A stretch of 64,000 bases of DNA from the IMG/VR virus record IMGVR_UViG_3300030339_000006; one strand, written 5' to 3'. A program made the position numbers and the translations under genes. Under the pieces are notes generated by a model. The model worked only from the letters and a program-made list of their open reading frames with translations, had not been told where the DNA came from and made no database searches. Below, piece by piece: positions 57,348-64,000 of this stretch. The DNA is from a virus. The number at the start of each line of letters is the position of its first letter. Position 1 is the stretch's first letter.

Positions 57348-57629
57348 ATGGACTCCAAAAAGATTCTCAACGACGCACGCGATCCTAACTCGAAGGACAA
57401 TACCTTCCGTCAGCTCTGGGCTCAGTACCAGAAGACGAGTTTTCACGTGGAGCAGAAGCGACTCATGGGGATGCCCTTGAAGACGTTGGAAGCGAACATG
57501 ACGAGTATCCGTGACATGATCACTAAGATGCGTTACGGGCCGGAGACGGAGAAAGAAGAAACCGCCGAGGAGTGCTTGAAGCTGGTCGAGCAATCCCAGG
57601 CGGTTATGGAGCAACTACTTAAGCTGTAG
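57348..57629 (+). CDS. Hypothetical helical protein
   Basis: ORF with normal codon usage. Confidence 0.6.
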   Translation: MDSKKILNDARDPNSKDNTFRQLWAQYQKTSFHVEQKRLMGMPLKTLEANMTSIRDMITKMRYGPETEKEETAEECLKLVEQSQAVMEQLLKL

Positions 57630-58551
57630 GGCTTTTGTACGTGTAGATCTTCGTCTGAACAACCTGCACGTCTGCTGCGTAGGTCAGTTCCCCACCCAGG
57701 ATAATGCGGAAGAGAACCGGGTCGATACTGAAGTTGACCTGGTTCACCCCTGTCAAGAACACCTCGAAGGAATCCTTGCCGAGTGACCAGTCGAAGTCAG
57801 AACGCCCTGACAGATCGACAATCTTCGAGCCGAGTGGAACAGTGATGTTTGCACGGGCCTTCGCAAAGCGAGCCTTTTCTAACTTGGTCTGTGACTGACC
57901 GTTGACCAAATCCGAGATGTTCGACTGGTCAACCCAGTTGATACCCACGATGTTTTCTTCGGTTAACGCCGTCTGGCCAAACTTCACGATGAACGACAGG
58001 ACTGCAGTATTGCCGGTATCTGGATAGATAATCGGTTCAGCACCCGTCGCAGTGTATTCACCTGAAGACTTCAGGGCGAAACGACAGACCTTCGTCAGTG
58101 AGTCAACACCCGGAACGATCGACGTGGCGTCAGCCTCTTCCATGTAACCCTGCAGCAAGTACTTGATGTTCTTGCCGGCAGTTACCGGAGCAGCGACGTT
58201 CGTCAGGTTGGTCGGTGAGTCATGAACCGCCATAGTCGGAACACGGAAGAACGTGTTGTTGTTATCGTACGGCACGGACTGGATGAGATATCCGAACAGC
58301 ACATTCAGGCTTAAACCACCAGGGAAGTAGAGATTACCCACGAACCCTTCGTTGGCCGAAAATTGCACGCCAATAGATGCCGCCGCCAGTGAGCCGCGGT
58401 TGAAACTGCCCTTCGTGATGTCCAGCTGATCCGCCAGGATGTTCATGTTATCCATGATATCCTTGAGTGGACGGTTATCGACGTCAACGTAGTAAGGGTC
58501 CAGGTTCGTGTAGTAACGTACCTGCTTTAATTTTGATTGAGTTGTAGACAT
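57619..58551 (-). CDS. Putative virion structural protein (baseplate/fibre-associated)
   Basis: TAAACT motif upstream; VRYYTNLDPYYVDVDNRPL start; beta-rich. Confidence 0.5.
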   Translation of the reverse strand: MSTTQSKLKQVRYYTNLDPYYVDVDNRPLKDIMDNMNILADQLDITKGSFNRGSLAAASIGVQFSANEGFVGNLYFPGGLSLNVLFGYLIQSVPYDNNNTFFRVPTMAVHDSPTNLTNVAAPVTAGKNIKYLLQGYMEEADATSIVPGVDSLTKVCRFALKSSGEYTATGAEPIIYPDTGNTAVLSFIVKFGQTALTEENIVGINWVDQSNISDLVNGQSQTKLEKARFAKARANITVPLGSKIVDLSGRSDFDWSLGKDSFEVFLTGVNQVNFSIDPVLFRIILGGELTYAADVQVVQTKIYTYKSPTA

Positions 58552-58603
58552 GTGTTATCCTCTCTAAGGAACGGTGTACTCATAGTTTAACTAAAGGTGG
58601 CGA

Positions 58604-60484
58604 ATGAAACTTATCTTAACTCCCGACGGACAGAACGTTGAGTTCGTCCCGGAGAGCAATGCGGAAGAGACCATCATCACGATGTTCCCCGCCCTCTACA
58701 AGGTCCGAGGCAAACGCTTCGCCCCAAGTCTACCCCATATTTTACAGAATATCATCGAGCGTTTGAAGAAAACCCTCAAGACGCCAATCACGACGGCGGA
58801 CAAACGCATCGTTGATCTGCTAAAGAACGAAGTGACGCTCCGAGAGATTCCGGAAGAGTTCAACTTTATCACAGATCCGATGAAGCACCAACGTATCGTT
58901 CTACAGTATCTGCTGACCAACGGCGGCGGCGGCGTGCTGCTCGATCCCGGCCTGGGCAAGACGAAGATCATCCTGGATTTCATCAAGCTGATGAAGTTCA
59001 AGAAGAGCCTGATCGTGTGCCCGGTAGCCCTGCTCGATGTGTGGGTCGATGAGACCGGTACGCACCGTCCGGACCTGAAGACGTACGTGCTGCAGTCCAC
59101 CAGCTGGCCGACACTGTTCAAAGCCGCTAAGACCCGGGTTGAGAAGCACTCCGCGGCACTGGCAGAGGAAGAAGAGGGATCGGACGAGTACAAGAAGATT
59201 CGCACCAAGCTTCGAGCGGCAGAACGGGAAGTGAAGTTCATCCCGGCGGCCATGGCGGAAGACCTGGAGTTGGCCGCTGCGGCCGACGTGGTAGTCATCA
59301 ACTACGACAAAGCCAGCAACTACGACTACTTGATGAAGCACTTCGAGTTTGACTTCATTGCCCTCGACGAAGCGCTCATCAAGACGCACAACTCGACCCG
59401 CACGCTGTCCCTCTTGAAGATCGGGTCGAAGATCCCTTACCGCGTCATCATGTCCGGCACGCTGATCAACAACACGGCTCTCGATGCCTTCGCACCGATC
59501 CGTTTTCTTCAGCCGGCCCTCACCGGTATGGCCTACGGGAAGTTCGATCAGCATTACGGCATCAAGATCAAACCCCGGGGTAAGTCCTTTGAGGTCACGA
59601 TCGGCGTCAGTAAGAAGAACGTGCAGGAGATCCGCGGTATCCTCGAGGCCTGTTCGATCGTCATGCGTAAAGAAGACTGGTTGGATCTCCCACCGAAGCA
59701 CTTCCACCGCGTTGACGTTCCACTGACCGAAGCACAGAAGAGAATGTACTCCGGGTTGGTCAGTAACTACGCCTACGAGTTGCCGAACGGGGAAATGGTC
59801 TCAGTCGATAACGGTCTGGGTATGCTGGCCAAAGTCCAACAGATCGCCAGCGGGTTCCTGTACTACAAGGAAGAGTCCGACGATTACTACGATATCCTCT
59901 TTGGGAACGATCAGAAGGAGTCTCCTCGCCAGACATATCTGTTCGAAGAGAACCCGAAGCTCGATGCCCTGTTTGAGCTCCTCAATGGCCCCCTGGTTGG
60001 ACGCAAGGGTATCTTGTGGTACAACTGCGAGGCAGAGTACGAGCTCATCACAGCGGCCTTCAGAGAGCGTTCTGTGACCCATCGGGTTATCAAAGGCGGG
60101 ACGAAGGGGACGGGTGCGATTATCCGTGAGTTCAACAACGATCCGAGCATTTCGTGGCTGGTCTGTCAGGCCAAGTCGGTGAACTACGGGATTACCGTCC
60201 TCGGGGCGAACCCGGAGAACCTCGATCGGGCCCAGGAGATCCTTCCTGAGGTCTCGACCCGGGTGTTCACCCACGTGTTCTACTCGTTGAACTACTCGCT
60301 GGAAGTCTACCTGCAGCAGCAAGACCGTTCCCACCGAATCGGTCAGACGATGCCGGTCGACTATTACGTCCTTCTGGGTGACTGTGAAGCCGAAGAACAA
60401 GTCTATAACGCCCTGCAAAACAAGATGGTAATCCGAGAATCGACCCTGGTAGACTTTTCCAGAAGGCTCAAACCACTGGTATAA
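58604..60484 (+). CDS. SNF2-family helicase
   Basis: DPGLGKT, LIVCP, LDEAL, MSGT, QQQDRSHRIGQ. Confidence 0.9.
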   Translation: MKLILTPDGQNVEFVPESNAEETIITMFPALYKVRGKRFAPSLPHILQNIIERLKKTLKTPITTADKRIVDLLKNEVTLREIPEEFNFITDPMKHQRIVLQYLLTNGGGGVLLDPGLGKTKIILDFIKLMKFKKSLIVCPVALLDVWVDETGTHRPDLKTYVLQSTSWPTLFKAAKTRVEKHSAALAEEEEGSDEYKKIRTKLRAAEREVKFIPAAMAEDLELAAAADVVVINYDKASNYDYLMKHFEFDFIALDEALIKTHNSTRTLSLLKIGSKIPYRVIMSGTLINNTALDAFAPIRFLQPALTGMAYGKFDQHYGIKIKPRGKSFEVTIGVSKKNVQEIRGILEACSIVMRKEDWLDLPPKHFHRVDVPLTEAQKRMYSGLVSNYAYELPNGEMVSVDNGLGMLAKVQQIASGFLYYKEESDDYYDILFGNDQKESPRQTYLFEENPKLDALFELLNGPLVGRKGILWYNCEAEYELITAAFRERSVTHRVIKGGTKGTGAIIREFNNDPSISWLVCQAKSVNYGITVLGANPENLDRAQEILPEVSTRVFTHVFYSLNYSLEVYLQQQDRSHRIGQTMPVDYYVLLGDCEAEEQVYNALQNKMVIRESTLVDFSRRLKPLV

Positions 60485-60514
60485 GAAAAGTGTGTAAAAC
60501 AGCCAGAGGTCACT

Positions 60515-62101
60515 ATGATTAAGGACTACTTTCCGTTCGACTCGATACGAGAAACGCAAGACCGAGTGCTAACGCAGTTAGACATTATCCTGCCGCAGCA
60601 CTCTTGCATCATCCTGGAGAGTCCAGTGGGTTCCGGTAAGTCCGCAATGGCTCTCGCCGTCGGGTGTTCCCGAGGGCGGAGCTTCTTACTGACACCCCGC
60701 AAGAGCCTGCAAGACCAGTACTTTGACGATTTTTCCCAGCACGTCGTCACGCTCAAAGGCCGTTCGGCCTACCCCTGCGTCGATCCTTCCCGACCGGGCA
60801 ATGAGAACCTTCCCGTCCATCAAATAGAATCCGAAGTCTTCGAAGGGAATCTCTCTACCAGATTCCTGACGGGGAGAATGTGTGCTACCGGACGCTGCAC
60901 GACTTTCTCAACGGCGGCCCGCCGAGAAGCCTACGTGGATGACTGTGAGTCGTCGAGCGGTATTGCCTGCCCGTACAACTCTGCTATTCAGGTCGCTATC
61001 GGTGCCCCGCACGTGGTCTGTAACCTCCACTCATTTATCTTCCAGACGAACTTCGCCGGCCGCTTCGAGCGTCGCCCGACGTTGATCGTTGATGAGTGTC
61101 ATGATATGGCCGGTATCGTACGGGATATGCTCGAGAAGGACTTCTATATCCGCGGGATCTTTATTAATGAGGACAGCGAGATGGAGCAGTGGGATCTGCC
61201 TCGCTGGCAGCGTTTCTTCCACGCCCCGCAGAACCGACCGATCGGGTCAAACACTCGAGAGTTCCGTGATTATCTCGAGGACCATGACCTGAAGGTTGAA
61301 GCCCTCGCGGAATCTATCTTCGGTGCCTTCGTGGTAGACTTCAAGGTCTTGCCTGGTGGGACCGTCATTAAGTTCCGACAGCTGAACGTGGCCGCTGCTT
61401 CCCGCAAGCTCATTCTTGATCACGGGGATAAGATCCTCTTGATGTCGGGGACGATCTACAACAAGAACATGTTCTGTTGGGAGAACGGTCTGGATGCCAG
61501 GGAGACGGCACACGTTAAGGTGAACTCCACGTTCCCAGTAGCGAACCGTCCGGTGATCCTGCATCCGAACGCGATAGACACGTCGGCCCGAGTCTGGGAG
61601 AACAACTTCGGCCACCTGGTCGACGTCTGTCGTGAGATTATGGATGATCATCCTCGGGAGAAGGGGTTGATTCACGTGTCGAGTTACGCCAAGGCCATCC
61701 AGCTGCAGGCCGCACTCGGTGATCGTGCGGTTACCCACACGCCAGAAGACTTCCAACTGGCCCTGATGGGCTTCTTCATTGCCCCGGGCAACGGTGTGTT
61801 TATCTCACCGATCTGCCAGCAGGGGACAGACTTCAAGGATGACCGTGCCCGCTTCCAAATCGTGACTTCGGTACCGTACTTAAACGTCGGTGACAAAGTG
61901 GTGAAGCGGATGATGGAAACGGTCCGTGGTTGGTACGACCTGAAAACACTGGTGGTCTTTGGCCAGATTCTCGGTCGAGTAGTACGCTCCGAAACTGACA
62001 GTGGGACGACCTATCTGGTAGACAGTCGCTTCCGCTCATTTATTAACAGAACCCGCCGCCATCTTCCACGTTGGCTAACGGAATCCTTCATAGGCTTATG
62101 A
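60515..62101 (+). CDS. DinG/XPD-family helicase
   Basis: ESPVGSGKS, KGRSAYPC, CPY, VDECH, MSGT, QGTDF, QILGRVVR, LVDSRF. Confidence 0.9.
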   Translation: MIKDYFPFDSIRETQDRVLTQLDIILPQHSCIILESPVGSGKSAMALAVGCSRGRSFLLTPRKSLQDQYFDDFSQHVVTLKGRSAYPCVDPSRPGNENLPVHQIESEVFEGNLSTRFLTGRMCATGRCTTFSTAARREAYVDDCESSSGIACPYNSAIQVAIGAPHVVCNLHSFIFQTNFAGRFERRPTLIVDECHDMAGIVRDMLEKDFYIRGIFINEDSEMEQWDLPRWQRFFHAPQNRPIGSNTREFRDYLEDHDLKVEALAESIFGAFVVDFKVLPGGTVIKFRQLNVAAASRKLILDHGDKILLMSGTIYNKNMFCWENGLDARETAHVKVNSTFPVANRPVILHPNAIDTSARVWENNFGHLVDVCREIMDDHPREKGLIHVSSYAKAIQLQAALGDRAVTHTPEDFQLALMGFFIAPGNGVFISPICQQGTDFKDDRARFQIVTSVPYLNVGDKVVKRMMETVRGWYDLKTLVVFGQILGRVVRSETDSGTTYLVDSRFRSFINRTRRHLPRWLTESFIGL

Positions 62102-62144
62102 ATGAACATTTGGAATTGGGAATTTTTTCCTAACGGAGAAGAGA

Positions 62145-62417
62145 ATGAAGATCGAGATGAAAGACAACCTGTTAACGCTGACACCAGAAGGCCGGTGGGA
62201 GCGGAAGACTATTGAGGATAAAACTAAAAAGGCGATGGCGGCTTTTGGCGTTTCTTCTCGTGTTGGACGGATTTTCGCAGCAGTGACGATCGCTACCGAG
62301 CTCGGTCATGACATCTCGGTAGACAATCGCCAAGTCACGGTGCAGGATCAGTCGTTCTCGATATACCCCAGAGGACTGGACGGCATGTCCATCCCTGAAG
62401 TACTCATCAACCCGTAA
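62145..62417 (+). CDS. Hypothetical protein
   Basis: RBS GGAG; 70 bp convergent overlap with the sigma gene. Confidence 0.55.
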   Translation: MKIEMKDNLLTLTPEGRWERKTIEDKTKKAMAAFGVSSRVGRIFAAVTIATELGHDISVDNRQVTVQDQSFSIYPRGLDGMSIPEVLINP

Positions 62418-63199
62418 CCCGCCTCCATAACTTCTCCAATACTCTCAAGACTCTTCGCCAACGTCTTCTTGACGAACGCTTGATTCACTTTAGGATCGTT
62501 GATGTGCTTCACGATGTCGGCCGGCTTCATCTCCGTGCCGTCGATCAGACCGTATGTCAGCTTAACGATTGTGCTATCAGGATAAGGCAGTGCGTTAATT
62601 GCACCCATGAGACTTTTGTCTTCGAGCTCGTTGACCAGTTCATCGATCGGGTTAACCGTTGGCATCTCTGCCTCCTTCATGTTATCCAGATAGAAGGTGA
62701 TGTACTGGGTCTTACTGAGCTCTTTCAAATCCCGCACGGATGCATTCGGGAATTCTTCACGCAGCTCACACAGCGTTGGGACAACATCGAGACCTTCAAT
62801 GTGCTTCTTCAGCTTGGTCGCCAGTTGTTGCTTCTGAGCGGGAAGAGCCACCAAACGCCACTTGGACATCTCTTTGAGTTGGCGTTGCATGACCCACCAG
62901 CCGGCGTACGTCAATAGACGAACTCCCGAGGTCGGATCAAATTTGTCGAGACCTGCAAGCAAGCCTTCATTTCCGGCTGCGATCAGGTCCTCGAATTGCT
63001 CCAGGTTACCGCGGGAATACTTCTTGGCCCGTTTGAACACGTAGCGGAGGTTTGAGCAGATCAACTTATCGCGAGCGGCCTTCTTTACATTAGGGTTAGT
63101 GGCGGGATCGAAATAAGTCGCCAGCAGTACCGTTTCGTCCTCACGGGATAGAATCGGGTAGCGGTCGCAGATCTCTTCGTAGTATTTTGTCAGGCCCAT
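62348..63199 (-). CDS. Sigma70-family RNA polymerase sigma factor
   Basis: Region 1.2 YPILSREDE; region 2 LICSNLRYV...DLIAAGNEGL...KFDP..G.RLLTYA.WW. Confidence 0.9.
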   Translation of the reverse strand: MGLTKYYEEICDRYPILSREDETVLLATYFDPATNPNVKKAARDKLICSNLRYVFKRAKKYSRGNLEQFEDLIAAGNEGLLAGLDKFDPTSGVRLLTYAGWWVMQRQLKEMSKWRLVALPAQKQQLATKLKKHIEGLDVVPTLCELREEFPNASVRDLKELSKTQYITFYLDNMKEAEMPTVNPIDELVNELEDKSLMGAINALPYPDSTIVKLTYGLIDGTEMKPADIVKHINDPKVNQAFVKKTLAKSLESIGEVMEAGYGLMSTSGMDMPSSPLGYIEND

Positions 63200-63223
63200 T
63201 GTGTTCTCCAGGTTAATAGCAGT

Positions 63224-63252
63224 ATAGTACTCGGCGAAACCCGAATAGTCAA
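63224..63252 (-). promoter_or_regulatory. Host sigma70-type promoter for the phage sigma gene
   Basis: TTGACT-N17-TACTAT on the minus strand, 24 nt upstream of the ATG. Confidence 0.6.
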
Positions 63253-63264
63253 TTGAGGAATACC

Positions 63265-63477
63265 ATGATCAAGATTGAAGCAGTACAGCGAGATAACGGC
63301 GTGGTCGCCCTTATCCTCAACAGCAATGACCCCGATCGAGACCGTGACCAAATGGACCTGATCGGTGCAACCATCGTGACACCGTCCGAGCGCCGTGGCC
63401 GTTACACCATGCAGGGTTCTGGTCGCACCATTGAGATTCTCTTCCAGGAACCTCAAAACCGTAAATCTGGGGTATAA
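63265..63477 (+). CDS. Hypothetical protein
   Basis: RBS GAGG before MIKIEAV. Confidence 0.6.
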   Translation: MIKIEAVQRDNGVVALILNSNDPDRDRDQMDLIGATIVTPSERRGRYTMQGSGRTIEILFQEPQNRKSGV

Positions 63478-63640
63478 CAACTATGGAGAAATCTGGACGC
63501 ATCGTTCTGACTCCGGAAGACCTTGCCGAATTTCGAAAAGGCTTGGTATCAGAACGTATTCAGACAACTTGGGGCTTGACATTCGCCGAGCTTTCAGAGA
63601 TAATTGCATCTCAAAACACAAACTCTAACGGAGAATCCGA

Positions 63641-64000
63641 ATGACTGACAAAATCGAACAGCGTATCATCATCCCAGCAGCTAAAGGCGAATGGTTCCAC
63701 ATCGTTGATCCAGACACCAAATTCAACGCGGAAGGCGAATACAAAGTAACCGTCTACCCGACCCAGCGTGAAATGGAAGCTCTGTTTGAGCCGCTGAAAG
63801 CAATGGCTGAAGAAGCGCTGGCCGCTTATCAGGAAGAAGAAAACGAGAAAGCGAAGGCGAAGAAAGTTAAGCCTAAGATTCTCAAATTGGCCGATAACCA
63901 GCCGTGGACCGCTCAGGAAACTGAAGAAGGCACTCTGGTACTGAAGCTGAAACGTAAAGCTCGTATCACCAAGAAAGACGGCACTATCGAAGACATTCAG
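63641..64000 (+). CDS. Single-stranded DNA-binding protein, T7 gp2.5-like (partial)
   Basis: Manual translation MTDKIEQRIIIPAAKGEWFHIVDPDTKFNAEGEYKV...LKLKRKARITKKDG; RBS GGAG; open to the window end. Confidence 0.7.
   Translation, partial: MTDKIEQRIIIPAAKGEWFHIVDPDTKFNAEGEYKVTVYPTQREMEALFEPLKAMAEEALAAYQEEENEKAKAKKVKPKILKLADNQPWTAQETEEGTLVLKLKRKARITKKDGTIEDIQ

Noticed and set aside
1-64000. Stop-codon reassignment or a diversity-generating retroelement
   Set aside because: Conserved genes are full length under the standard code; no reverse transcriptase, and the differences between the 168 bp copies are not adenine-specific.

Overview
This window is part of a large lytic contractile-tailed (myovirus-type, probably jumbo) dsDNA phage genome. 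There is no host housekeeping DNA, rRNA, tRNA or CRISPR array. The minus strand carries the morphogenesis genes: tape measure, tail chaperone with a -1 frameshift, terminase, spike/PAAR, tube, sheath, neck, T4-T-like holin, three Ig-repeat proteins, major capsid, prohead protease, scaffold/internal head proteins and portal. It also carries an unusually split multisubunit RNA polymerase (beta fused to the N-half of beta', plus a separate beta' C-half), an SNF2 ATPase and a sigma70-type factor. Plus-strand islands, most preceded by GGTATAA, carry accessory and replication genes (SNF2 and DinG helicases, T7 gp2.5-like SSB). The most notable items are: (1) a complete phage-encoded ubiquitin-like conjugation operon (Ubl ending TGTKG, E2, JAB, E1/ThiF); (2) a ~170-215 bp non-coding palindromic element present twice exactly 32,860 bp apart, each near arrays of degenerate Bro-N/antirepressor-like genes, with one copy's left arm complementary to the other copy's right arm; (3) a pervasive hydrophobic-x-K-x-A motif in head proteins and in the RNAP, suggesting a maturation signal and a virion-packaged RNAP; (4) a hidden acidic EE(D/N)WG-repeat micro-gene broken by a dinucleotide slip. 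All calls come from motif reading and synteny by eye; no database search was run.
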